Origin: Trypanosoma brucei | Lineage: Eukaryota | NCBI GenBank assembly: GCA_000002445.1 | Contig: CH464491.1 | Location: forward strand, 4,640,001-4,704,000 | Direction of reading: 5' to 3' | DNA length: 64,000 nt | Shown: piece after piece, positions 50,337 through 62,790 of the stretch | Layout of the letters: each line of letters begins with the position of its first letter | Numbering within the stretch: the first letter of the stretch is position 1 | Position numbers and translations under genes: made by a program | Notes under the pieces: generated by a model | Database searches by the model: none | The model's input: the letters and a program-made list of their open reading frames with translations, nothing else | Told to the model about the DNA's origin: nothing

Positions 50337-50724
50337 ATGTTATGCTATAATCAAAAAAGCAAGTACAAGAGGAGCCTTGTTAATTACAAATGAGTTGCTT
50401 CCTGTGGTGTTTGTGTTTTTTCCACCATTCTCTACTTTCGCCCCACCTTTTGCTACGCACTCATCTTCCTTATATTCACATTTATCGCTGTTGCACTCGG
50501 TTGCAGTGTTGCCCTTGCATATCTTAGGTTGCTGTTCTGTTGGCTCCTTCTTGGACTTCGCAACTAACTGCTGAGCCATGTGTTGACCTTGCAAATAGCT
50601 TAGTGCTACATCGCCTTGAGGGGTGCCTGCTAGGCTTTTTATTTTCCCTTTCGCTGCATTGTCCCCCTGGCCGTACACAATCTCTTCGTCTTCGACCGCC
50701 TTAACAAATTTGTTTTGGAAGTTG
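50337..50724 (-). pseudogene. VSG: VSG 3' fragment (C-terminal domain plus GPI signal), separated from its 5' part by ingi copy 4.
   Basis: Minus ORF …ICKGNTATECNSDKCEYKEDECVAKGGAKVENGGKNTNTTGSNSFVINKAPLVLAFLIIA*. Its upstream end runs directly into the poly(T) (reverse poly(A)) of ingi copy 4. Confidence 0.8.
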
Positions 50725-53700
50725 TTTTTTTTTAAATTTCCTTCGTGCCTTCGTGGGAGTTTCCCCCCACTGGCGCGGCCATCAGCCATCACTGTAGAGC
50801 CCTGAGATGCTATCGGTCTGGCGACTGTGGCAGAGTCTCCCTTTTTTATTCAGCCTAACACACTCTCTATAATTTTTGTTGTAGCTCCTCAGTTGAACGG
50901 AATACAGCAGATGGGGCGAGAAGCCCCCCACCCCAGACTCTCTAAAAGATGTCAATTAGCAATCCTTTTGTTTTGATTTTTGTTATTCGTTTATTATTCT
51001 CTTCCCCTCTTTCTGTTTCTGTTGCTTGTTGACTGCATACCCCCTCTGTCTCTGAGGGTGTCTGGACTATTCCTGCGTCCGGTGCTTTTCCTGCTAGCTC
51101 CACGGTCGGCAATAAGGGGGGAAGTTGCAGAAGGGAGAGTGGGTTGTATGACTGTTACATTAGGGGAAGACTTCACCTGCGGCCTGCTCCGTTCAACCGC
51201 AATGAGAAATTGCGCCAGCCTTTTAAAGAAACATACATCCTGCACACACACACTTTCTACCGCAAACCTGACACGTAACTCCTTCAAACCGGGACAGCTC
51301 ATCAAGTGCAGTGACGTTTCTTCGCAGTCGCCGCGTTGGCTGGTAACAGCGTGCTCTACCTTCATACCGTGCATCTTCTTTTGATATAGGGTGAGGCCAG
51401 TTTTGCTAGCACACTGCCTTCCGCATGTCGGGCACACCAACATGGATGCGTTTGTATGCGGGGAATCAGTGGCACACAATTTTGTGCTTTTGCTGCATTT
51501 AAGCTCGATTCCCTCACCTTTGTGGAAAGCCTTACAGTGTCGGATGAGGGAGTCCCTGCAACTGAGCACTTTTTGGCACACACCACACTGCACCTCGCCT
51601 TTCCCCGGGACGTCAACGTTTCCCTCACGGGCACGCTTACGGGGGAATTGCACCACCACCACGGTACCGTCCTCCGTCACTATGCTCTTATGTTTGAATT
51701 TCTTGTGTAGTGACAGGGAAGAGCGTGTACCAATGCTCGCCTCGCACAGGTCACATTGAAACGGCAGCTTCCGTGTATCCTGAGGGGCTGGCGCTGCTGG
51801 GGCTCTACCATCTCCTTGCAATGAGTCCTCGTTCTCTCGCCCCCTTTTGACGCGGCAACTACCGCTGCCTATGCCATGTATTGTTTGAAGGTGGTGTAGT
51901 AGTCGGCCTGGCACTGCGAATTTGGAGGCACAGAGGGTACAATGAAGCACCTGCGGTCTCATCGGGACTCGTGTGCTCGATGGTAGAGGAACAATCGCCA
52001 CCACTGGAGGGGGCTCCGGGGGGATGTCCACTGCAGGTGTTGCATCGCCGTATTTGATCCTCCGGAGGGCATCAGCTCGCATAAAGCCATGTTTGTTTAC
52101 CATATGCGTTACAGCACTCGAGCGGCATTGGTATGTGGCATCACATTCCGTACATTTGGTCGGTTCGGAGGTTCTCTGAAGAGTACGTGTCGCAACAGTT
52201 GAGGCTGTTTGTATTGTTGGCCCGATCGCTGCATGTTGCGGGTTACACCATCGGCACTGTGGAGGCACACTCGGGTTGATCTTTCGCAACATCCATCCAT
52301 AGTGTCTTGAAGACCCAACCCGAAAGCGTTCCAGTCCCGTTTCTTCTTCCCTCGTCAGTTCTTCTTTATGTTTTGTTGGAAAGTGGTTGCCCGTGATACC
52401 AAACCTATGAGTGTTCTCATGGACTTCTTCCGACATAAGCACTCGCTTCGCATAAGCAATGATGTCGGGGATCCATGTGACTCGCAACTGTGGTAAATCA
52501 GCGGCCTTTTTCGCCATTTCGTCACAAACCTCATTCGGTTTCACGCCACAATGGCCAAACACAAATTGCAGTCGGATACGCATCTTTCTTCTCTGAACTT
52601 GAAGCAGAAGCCTCCATAGTCGTCTCAGAATTGGGTCCGTTACGGCTAGAGAGCCTGTCTGCAGTGCTGTTAACATTGACAGCGAGTCAGAGAAGATGGA
52701 CAACCTGCTCGGTGTGCTTCTGTATGCCGGAAGCCATTTCAGCAGCCGTTGCAGTCCTATCTCTAATGCTACGCATTCCGCTCTGTAACTGCATGAGAGT
52801 TCCCCTGCTCCGGTTTTGAGTGCACAAATCAGCGTGTTGTTTCTATAGAGCAGGGCAGCTGCCCCGGACTTCTCACCGAGGGACACGGATTCATCAGTTC
52901 AAAATTCGTAGTGCTCTCGTCGCGGTGACTCCTTCCCCCTCCGTGCAAAATGCCGTGCAATCCACTTCTCAGAAGCCTCCCTTTTGACATCGTCAGGGTC
53001 ATCAGCGCACACAGGCTTTATCTGCGTGTGAAATTGTGGTCAGCAGCTGTGGCGAAGCGTCGATGTCTCTAGTGGGTGCTCGCGTGGCTCAATGTGGAGG
53101 TGGGGATAAGACCGCATGATGCGGGAATGTAAGACTCTGACTGGGTGTTTGCTGTGGTATACTTCCTCACCACTGCGCCGCAAAAATCCGCCTCGTGACT
53201 CACACATCAGCATGAATTTCATGCTGCGCACAAGAGTGGTCGTCTTGAGTGGCAGGAGGTTTGCTTCCAGCAGAGAGTCCTCTTTGCGTGTTCCATGTGG
53301 TATGCCGGCTATGATGCGACTGGCTTTGTTTTGTGCTGATGCAAGGAGGTCGCGACTTCGTTTCGAAGCGTCCCAGTACCATACCTCAATGCCATACATG
53401 GTGTGTGCCTGTACGAGTTCCAGATGAAAAGCTCTCAGTACTTGTCGTCTTGGCCCCCATGTAGAAGCTGAGATGGCTGCTATCTGCAGTAGTCTGAAGT
53501 CCATCTTGCGTCTCGTTTCGGCCGCATGTGTTGCCATCCCCTGCAGACACTGGAATGTTATTCCGAGAAGCTTCGGTGTCCTGTCAGCTCCTATTCTTTC
53601 GCCGTCCAGTTGTAATGTAAGGTGATAGCGCTCTATACACCCGAAGAGTGTGCACTTTGTTTTCGCTACGTTGACAGACATGAAGTACTCTTTTGACCAC

Positions 53701-55186
53701 TGTAACACCACGTTTAGACCGCATTGTAGTGTGTGGTTGATGACATCCCTCTCTGTGTGCCTCGCAAGTAGCGTCAGGTCGTCTGCAAAGAATCCGTGCT
53801 GCAGTAACGGCACTTCTGCAAGGCGTTGGCTCAACGAGTTCATGACAATAATGAACATGATTGGGCCAAGTACAGTTCCTTGTGGCACTCCTCGCTCAAA
53901 TGTTCTGCTGCTGGAAAGCTTCTCCTTGAATCTCACTCTGCCAGTTCGGTTACTCAGAAATGATACGCACCACTTCACAATGTGGGGTGATACCTTCATT
54001 CTGTGCATTTCCCTCGCAATTTTGTCGTGGTCTACTGTATCGAATGCCTTCTCGTAGTCAACGAATACAGCACCCGTACGATATTGGTGCGTGGGGCGGC
54101 AGAGGGCAGTGCGGACGTGCAGGAGTTGTTCGAGCGTTGAGCATCCGTGGCAAAAGCCTGATTGCTGCGTCGTCAGCTGGGACTCAACAGTGTCTCTAAG
54201 CCTCGCGGCAATTATGCGCTCCATGACTTTGCAGAGACAGCTCGTGGGCGTCACAGGCCTGTAAGAATCGAGGTCCTCCGCCTTTTTTCCGGCATTCAGG
54301 ATGGGGATGATAACACCAGTCTTCCATGCAGGCGGCACGACTCCCGTTCGTAGGCTCTCATTGAATAGCCTCAGAACAACATTCAGCGCTGTTCTACCGA
54401 GGTGTTGCAGTGCCTCGTTGTATAAGCAATCAGGTCCGGTTGCGGATCCACTCAGTAGCTGTTTGATCGATCTCCGTAGTTCAGCCATCGTGATGAGACT
54501 GAACTCACTCGCTATCGTCTTTACGGGTGCCGGTGTTGTTAGTGGTCATTGCGCATATACCTTCTTGACAATGTGCCAACTGCAGCGGTCTGACACCGCA
54601 AGTCTGGAGCATAGCGTGCTCCATCTCTTCTTTGTGGTACGGTCCAGGATCTGCTTACGCGTGGCTACCAACTTTTCCCTTCGGTGGGAGGGTCCGCATC
54701 CAGCGATCTCTTCATCGAGTTTCGCGAGCGCAGGTGTCCAATGTGGTGGCGGAGCTCAATTTCTGTTCCAGGGTGTTGACGTTCTTCTCTCTACCAATTT
54801 TCCTGCAGAGCTCGTCAACCTTGAGACGGAAATTCCTCCAGTTAGCTTTTAGCCATGCGTACATGGGCTTTCGAAGCCGCGGGCAACTCAGTGCATCTGT
54901 GTCGTCTCCAACGATAACGTCGAAAAATATGTGATGGTGATCGCTATCGGGAGAATACAGCGATGTCCACGTGTACACTGTGCAATTCCTTGACAGTGTC
55001 ACATCAGGGGTGGACTCCCCGTGGTGGCGCGCGTACCTGGTGCACTCACCAGTGTTGCAGACCAGAAACTGGTTGTCAATGCACCACTGTGTGAGGGTTT
55101 CACCCTTGGTATTTGGTGGGCTCGCTCGATCCCATGCCAACGCGTGTGCGTTAGCGTCTGCACCGATGAGCTGGGCACCGTCAGTC
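50725..55186 (-). mobile_element. ingi retrotransposon, copy 4. The 3' end is intact; the 5' ~600 bp is lost in a scaffold gap. It has internal deletions of ~100 bp and ~50 bp relative to copy 1.
   Basis: Poly(T) at 50725-50733 followed by the reverse-complemented 3' RIME-half. Minus ORFs 50994-52886 (RNase H/zinc fingers, 630 aa), 53040-54488 (RT) and 54712-55186 (APE, partial). Deletions are seen near 54530 and 54750 when aligned by eye to 2150-2560. Confidence 0.93.
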
Positions 55187-55286
55187 NNNNNNNNNNNNNN
55201 NNNNNNNNNNNNNNNNNNNNNNNNNNNNNNNNNNNNNNNNNNNNNNNNNNNNNNNNNNNNNNNNNNNNNNNNNNNNNNNNNNNNNN
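55187..55286. other. Assembly gap (100 N).
   Basis: Run of 100 n. Confidence 1.
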
Positions 55287-55485
55287 AATGCTTGCTATGA
55301 TGCTGGCCGCTTGACCTTTGGGCCCCTGCAGATTTTTTTTCGTCAGGTGGGAGGTGAAGAACAACATGGGCACTACCCGGAAGCGCACTGTTTCCCGCGA
55401 CGGTGTGACGCAACGGCCCCAGCGTTTCTCCCGCAAATGTTACAACGGGGAAACCGCATGCAACCGGGCGATTTTCGTTTAAGTC

Positions 55486-55991
55486 CCTGGGGGGGCCGGC
55501 CACCTCAACGTGGTGCCAGGGTGCAGTACCCCGTATCATCGGGGGAAGCCAAGAGCCAACAGCGTTCCTTTCATGGGGAACACTGCTGTGCTCCGGATAC
55601 GGCGTCATACAGCACAGGGATCAGCAGCGTCTTGCTGGGACACCGGTCTTCATTTGTCGGTCCCTGGGCACGTGGCAAGCGTGCCATCGGCACTATCATC
55701 CGCACTAAAATGCTGCTGTCTGGTGATGTGGACCTCAAAAAAAGGATTGCTAATTGACAACTTTTGGAGAGTCTAGGGTGGGGGGCTTCTCGCCCCATCT
55801 GCTGTATTCCGTTCATATGCGGAAATACAACAAAAATTATAGAGGGTGTGTTAGGATGAATGAAAAAGGGAGACTCTGCCACAGTCGCCAGACCGATAGC
55901 ATCTCAGGGCTCTACGGTGATGGCTGATGGCCGCGCCAGTGAGGGGAAACTCCCACGAAGGCACGAAGACAACTTTTAAAAAAAAAAAAAG
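55486..55991 (+). mobile_element. RIME (~506 bp): ingi 5' ~250 bp fused to ingi 3' ~250 bp.
   Basis: Starts CCCTGGGGGGGCCGGCCACCTCAACGTGGTGCCAGGGTGCAGTACCCCGTATCATCGGGGG. The internal junction near 55730 reads …CTGTCTGGTGATGTGGA|CCTCAAAAAAAGGATTGCTAATTGACAAC…, then the 3' RIME-half and poly(A) follow to 55991. Confidence 0.93.
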
Positions 55992-56957
55992 TGAATGTAC
56001 AACGAATCGCACACTCAAAATAATGACTTTCCATCAAATAAATAGTGAACTGGACACCTCGGCTTCTTGCACAGAAACCTTCATACAATCGTATCTGTGC
56101 GCACCTTATGTAACAAATGGTAGAGAAAAATTAGGAGAATACATGAAAAGGTGAAAGGGGCGTCGACGATTAAGAAAAAAAAATATTTCGGGCACATCAC
56201 TCAGTGTAAAATATTAAACACAATATGTGACATCCATCTGGTAGAAATGAAAACCGTAAACGACACGCTCTGTAGGAAATTACGGTTAGGCAGCTAAGTA
56301 TTAATATCTGATGTAAACAATGTTGCAATGTTTTCATTAACACATATGTGCTTCTACAAAAAATGCATATCGTATCTAATGTTAACATCGTTAAGTAATA
56401 AAAAAAACGAATTAAAGTAACCAAATTTTAAAAAGGGATCATACGCTCGTTGTTAACTGTGCTTACTGCCGAGAGGTTAATTTTGATAGAGTCCACAACC
56501 CTCCTAACACAGAGTTATACCGTGACATCACCTGCCGTGATTATTTGTTTCCACACTCTTTTGTTGATGTTTTCCCCGTTTACTCTTCTCCTTCCTCTCT
56601 TTTATTGATTTCCCACAGCCGCTCTTTCATGATTTACATCCATGTCGGTTACTTCCCCTCCCCGCAATATTTTCAATAGCTAACATAGCGACGGTATTAA
56701 CATTAAATTGCACAAGGTAATGTTTCATACTGTTGGCCCAAAATAAATGAACATATTTGCGATCTTCCTCACTTCATTTGCCCGCTGTATCGTTGCACAA
56801 TTGTTGGCGTCTCATCTTTCTGACGGCAACATGCTGAGCACAAATAACTCCCCACCCAAATTCATTCATAAAATTTCCCAAAAACATATCCCTATTCGCA
56901 TCACATGTTAGAAGGACAGGATTCTCGAGCATATTAAGGGCTGTTCCTGTTTTGTTA

Positions 56958-57640
56958 TCATGTGATCCAGCAGTTTGGAATTGCAACATCACCACCGTTT
57001 ATTTTTCGTTGATTTTCAACTTCGGTGGTTGTGTCGCAATCCACAACAAACAAGGTATCAAATAGTGGGAAAATGGGTGGGAACCCGTAAAGTTGCATGG
57101 TGTGTGGAGAGTTGATTGTTCCCTCATGGATATTTGGAAGGCGCTGTGCTTTACCGAAGTTCAGGAAAATATCGCTCAGGCGGTTCAACACGCTGACATC
57201 CTGCATCGTTTCCTGTTTCCACTCCGCGGTTGCGGGCAATGACCCTATCATGTCAATAAAAGGAAATAATACCCTGGGAAAATCGAAAGCACTTGCGGCA
57301 TCACCTTCAAAACACAAGACAAAACTGATCTGTATATGAGTGACTCTCCTCACACAATGTTGTCGTGCAACGTCTCTGCGCGACTGGAAAGTTACCACCC
57401 TCAATGCGGATTCAAAGTGCAGCGTGCACACATACGTTTCGGAATCTCCTGTACGATAGATGCGACCAAGGTTGATGAATTTATGCAGCAGCAGTCTTCC
57501 AATCCATTTGCCATATGGGCGCAACGTTCCAAGATACAACACAGACATATATATATATATATATATGCATGCATGAACTCCTATAAAATATGCGGTAACA
57601 GGCAATACTCTGGCATCATGCTTTAGTTTGTGAAGGAGAA
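56958..57640 (-). other. Unassigned ~230-codon open frame flanking the 3' end of ingi copy 5. It may be a remnant of an ingi-targeted subtelomeric gene, for example an RHS-family pseudogene, but this is not recognised from the sequence.
   Basis: ORF 56958-57701 (minus) reads from inside the ingi 3' end through unique sequence (…VLPVTAYFIGVHACIYIYIY…HFESALRVVTFQSRRDVARQHCVRRVTHIQISFVLCFEGDAASAFDFPRVLFPFIDMIGSLPATAEWKQETMQDVSVLNRLSDIFLNFGKAQRLPNIHEGTINSPHTMQLYGFPPIFPLFDTLFVVDCDTTTEVENQRKINGGDVAIPNCWIT*). It contains no VSG or ingi motifs. Confidence 0.3.
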
Positions 57641-60600
57641 TTTTTTTTTTTANAATTTTCTTCGTGCCTTCGTGGGAGTTTCCCCCCACTGGCGCGGCCA
57701 TCAGCCATCACTGTAGATCCCTGAGATGCTATCGATCTGGCGACTGTGGCAGAGTCTCCATTTTTTTTTCGGCCTAACACACTCTCTATAATTTTTGTTG
57801 TAGCTCCGCAGTTGAACGGAATACAGCAGATGGGGCGAGAAGTCTCCCACCCCAGACTCTCCCAAAGATGTCAATTAGCAATCCTTTTGTTTTGATTTTT
57901 GTTATTCGTTTATTATTCTCTTCCCCTATTTCTGTTTCTGTTGCTTGTTGACTGTATACCCCCTCTGTCTCTGAGGGTGTCTGGACTATTCCTGCGTCCG
58001 GTGCTTTTCCTGCTGGCTCCACACTCGGCAATAAGGGGGGAAGTTGCAGAAGGGAAAGTGGGTTGTATGACTTTTACCTTAGGTGAGGACTTCACCTGTG
58101 GCCGGCTCCGTTCAACCGCAATGAGAAACTGTGCCAGCCTTTTAGAGAAACATACATCCTGCACACACACACCTTCTACCGCAAACCTGACACGTAACTC
58201 CTTCAAACCGGGACAGCTCATCAGGTGCAGCGACGTTTCTTCGCAGTCGCCGCGTTGGCTCGTAACAGTGCGCTCTGCCCCCATACCGTGCATCTTCTTT
58301 TGATGTAGGGTGAGGCCAGTTTTGCTAGCACACTGCCTTCCGCATGTCTGGCACACCAACATGGATGTGTTTGTATGCGGGGAATCAGTGGCACCCAATT
58401 TTGTGATTTTGCTGCATTTAAGCTCGACTCCCTCACCTTAGTGGAAAGCCTTACAGTGTCGGATGAGGGAGGCCCCGCAACTGAGCACTTTTTTGGCACA
58501 CACCACACTGCACCTCGCCCTTCCCCGGGACGTCAACGTTTCCCTCACGGGCACGCTTACGAGGGAATTGCACCAACACCACGGTACCGTCCTCCGTCAC
58601 TATGCTTTTATGTTTGAATTTCTTGTGTAGTGACAGGGAAGAGCGTGTACCGAAGCTCGCCTCGCACAGGTCACATTGAAACGGCAGCTTCCGTGTATCC
58701 TGAGAGGCTGGCGCTGCTGGGGCTCTACCATCTCCTTGCACTGAGTCTTCGTTTTCTCGCCCCCTTTTCACGCGGCAACTACCGCTGCCTATGCCATGTA
58801 TTGTTCTAAGGTGGTGTAATAGTCGGCCTGGCACTGCGAATTTGTAGGCACAGAGGGTACAATGAAGCACCTGCGGTCTCATCGGGACTCGTGTGCTCGA
58901 TGGTAGAGGAACGATCGCCACCACTGGAAGGGGCTCCGGGGGGATGTCCACTGCAGGTCTTGCATCGCCGTATTTGATCCTCCGGAGGGCATCAGCTCGC
59001 ACAAAGCCATGTTTGTTTACCATGTGCGTTACAGCACTCGAGCGGCATTGGTATGTGGCATCACATTCCGTACATTTGGTGGATTCGGAGGTTCTCTGAA
59101 GAGTGCGTGTCGCAACAGGTGTGGTTGTTTGTATTGTTGGCCCTATCGCTGCATGTTGCGGGTTACACCATCGGCACTGTGGAGGCACACTCGGGTTGAT
59201 CTTTCGCAACATCCATCCATAGTGTCTTGAAGACCCAACCCGAAAGCGTGCCAGTGCCGTTTCTTCTTCCCTCGTCAGTTCTTCCTTATTTTTTGTTGGA
59301 AAGTGGTTGCCTGTAATACCAAACCTATGAGTGTTCTCATGGACTTCTTCCGACCTAAGCACTCGCTTCGCGTAAGCAATGATGTCCGTTATCCATGTGT
59401 CTCGCAACTGTGGTAAATCAGCGGCCTTTTTGGCCATGTCATCACAAACCTCATTCCGTTTCACGCCACAATGGCCAAATACAAATTGCAGTCGGATACG
59501 CATCTTCCTTCTCTGAACTTGAAGCAGAAGCCTCCATAGTCGTCTCAGAATTGGGTCCGTTACTGCTAGGGGGCCTGTCTGCAGTGCTGTTAACATTGAC
59601 AGCGAGTCAGAGAAGATGGACAACCTGCTCGGTGTGCTTCTGTATGCCGGAAGCCATTTCAGCAGCCGTTGCAGTCCTATCTCTAATGCTACGCATTCCG
59701 CTCTGTAACTGCATGAGAGTTCCCCTGCTCCTGTCTTGGGTGCACAAATCAGCGTGTTGTTTCTATAGAGCAGGGCAGCTGCTCCGGACTTCTCACCGAG
59801 GGACACGGATCCATCAGTCCACAATTCGTGGTGCTCTCGCCGCGGTGGCTCCTTCCCCCTCCGTGCAAAATTCCGTTCAATCCACTTTTCGGAAGCCTCC
59901 CTTTTGACATCGTCAGGGTCATCAGCGCACACAGGCTTTATCTGCGTGTGAAATATCGGTCGGCAGCTGTGGCGGAGCGTCGATGTCTCTAGTGGGTGCT
60001 CGCGTGGCTCAATGCGGAGGTGGGGGTAGGCCAGCATGATGCGGGAATGTAAGACTCGGCTTGGGTGTTTGCTGTGGTATACTTTTTCAGCACTGCGCCG
60101 AAAAACATCGGCCTCGTGACTCACACATCAGCATGAATTTCATGCTGCGCACAAGAGTGGTCGTCTTGAGTGGCAGGAGGTTTGCTTCCAGCAGAGAGTC
60201 CTCTTTGCGCGTCCCATGTGGTATGCCGGCTATGATGCGACTGGCTTTGTGTTGTGCTGATGCAAGGAGGTCGCGACTTCGTTCCGAAGCGTCCCAGTAC
60301 CATACCTCAATGCCATACATGGTGTGTGCCTGTACGAGTGCTAGATAAAAAGCTCTCAGTACTTGTCGTCTTAGCCCCCATGTAGAAGCTGAGATGGCTG
60401 CTATCTGCAGTAGTCTGAAATCCATCTTGCGTCTCGTTTTGGCCGCATGTGTTGCCATCCCTTGCAGACTCTGGAATGTTACTCCTAGAAGCTTCGGTGT
60501 CCTGTCAGCTCCTATTCTTTCGCCGTCCAGTTGTAATGTAAGGGGGTGACGCTCTATACACCCGAAGAGTGTGCACTTTGTTTTCGCTACGTTGACAGAC

Positions 60601-62790
60601 ATGAAGTACTCTTTTGACCACCGTAACACCACGTTTAGACCGCATTGTAGTGTGTGGTTGATGACATCCCTCTCTGTGTGCCTCGCAAGTAGCGTCAGGT
60701 CGTCTGCAAAGAATCCGTGCTGCAGTAACGGCACTTCTGCAAGGCGTTGGCTCAACGAGTTCATGACAATAATGAACATGATTGGGCCAAGTACAGTTCC
60801 TTGTGGCACTCCTCGCTCAAATGTTCTGCTGCTGGAAAGCTTCTCCTTGAATCTCACTCTGCCAGTTCGGTTACTCAGAAATGATACGCACCACTTCACA
60901 ATGGGGTTATACCTTCATTCTGTGCATTTCCCTCGCAATTTTGTCGTGGTCTACTGTATCAAATGCCTTCTCGTAGTCAACGAATACAGCACCCGTACGA
61001 TATTGGTGCGTGGGACGGCAGAGGGCAGCGCGGATGTGCAGGAGTTGTTCGAGCGTTGAGCATCCGTGGCAAAAGCCTGATTGCTGCGTCGTCAGCTGGG
61101 ACTCAACAGTGTCTCTAAGCCTCGCGGCAATTATGCGCTCCATGACTTTGCAGAGACAGCTCGTGGGCGTCACAGGCCTGTAAGAATCGAGGTCCTCCGC
61201 CTTTTTTCCGGCATTCAGGATGGGGATGATAACACCAGTCTTCCATGCAGGCGGCACGACTCCCGTTCGTAGGCTCTCATTGAATAGCCTCAGAACAACA
61301 TTCAGCGCTGTTCTACCGAGGTGTTGCAGTGCCTCGTTGTATAAGCAATCAGGTCCGGCTGCGGATCCACTCGGTAGCAGTTTGATCGATCTCCGTAGTT
61401 CAGCCATCGTGATGAGACTGAACTCACTCGCTATCGTCTTTATTGGTGCCGGTGTTGTTAGTGGTCATTGCGCATATACCTTCTTGACAATGTGGCAACT
61501 GCAGCGGTCTGACACCGCAAGTCTGGAGCATAGCGTGCTCCATCTCTTCTTTGTGGTACGGTCCAGGACCTGCTTACCCGTGGCTACCAACTTTTCCCTT
61601 CGGTAGGAGGGTCCGCATCCAGCGATCTATTCATAGAGTTTCGCGAGCTCAGGTGTCCAATGTGGTGGCGTTACTCTGCAGCCACGGGGGACGGAGACCT
61701 TCGTTGCAATGCGGATGGCGGAGCTCAATTTCTGTTCCAGGGTGTTGACGTTCTTCTCTCTACCAATTTTCCTGCAGAGCTCGTCAACCTTGAGACGGAA
61801 ATTCCTCCAGTCAGCTTTTAGCCATGCGTACATGGGCTTTCGAAGCCGCGGGCAACTCAGTGCATCTGTGTCGTCTCCAACGATAACCTCGAAAAATATG
61901 TGATGGTGATCGCTATCGGAAGAATACAGCGATGCCCACGTGTACACTGTACAATTCCTTGACAGTGTCACATCAGGGGTGGACTCCCCGTGGTGGCGTG
62001 TGTAAATGGTGCACTCACCAGTGTTGCAGACCAGAAACTGGTTGTCAATGCACCACTGTGTGAGGGTTTCACCCTTGGTATTTGGTGGGCTCGCGCGATC
62101 CCATGCCAACCCGTGTGCGTTAGCGTCTGCACCGATGAGAGCTGGGCACCGTCAGTCGTCAGAAGCGTATCTAGGTCATTTGCCGTGAAGGTGTGTTTTG
62201 GTGGGATGTATGCCGACGTGACAGTCAGCGCCGTTCCACGTGCAAGGTGAATTGTTGCATGCACTTGTTCAATGCGACCAACAACGGCTATACCGGTCTC
62301 GACTGGTAGGTCCCCCCTCACTAGTATTGATACACCACCTCCTTTGCAGTTACGAGCTATTCCGTGATGTTGGTAGCCAGCAACGCTAAAGCAACCCGCC
62401 CTTTCAGGCGTCATCCTTGTCTCACTCAACAAACAAAAGGCGATCCGCTCATCAACAAGGGTTTTGTGGAGTGCTAATCTCTTTCCTTGAGATAGCCCGG
62501 CGCAGTTCCACTGCATCCCGCGCAACGACGGGCTGGGATTCTCTTCCATATCACCGGACAGCAGCATCTTAGTGCGGATGATACTGCTGATGGCACGCTG
62601 GCACGTGCCCAGGGACCGACAAATGAAAAACGGTGTCCCAGCAAGACGCTGCTGATCCCTGTGCTGTATGATGCCGTAGCCGGAGCACAGCAGTGTTCCC
62701 CATGAAAGGAATGCTGCTGGCTCTTGCTTTCCCCGATGATACGGGGTACTGGACCCTGGAACCACGTTGAGGTGGCCGGCATCGCCAGGG
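57641..62790 (-). mobile_element. ingi retrotransposon, copy 5, full length (~5.15 kb), degenerate.
   Basis: Poly(T) at 57641-57652 plus the reverse-complemented 3' RIME-half. Minus ORFs 57913-58398, 58451-60124 (RNase H/zinc fingers), 60087-60899 and 60907-61407 (RT), 61627-62109 and 61968-62891 (APE). The 5' terminus CCCTGGCGATGCCGGCCACCTCAACGTGG is reverse-complemented, ending at 62790. The 2A-like motif is degenerate (LLSGDMEENPSP). Confidence 0.95.

Noticed and set aside
57541-57575. (TA)n/(CATG)-containing microsatellite ATATATATATATATATGCATGCATG in the ingi copy 5 flank.
   Set aside because: It is a short simple-sequence tract without evident function, noted only as a landmark within the unassigned ORF at 56958-57640.
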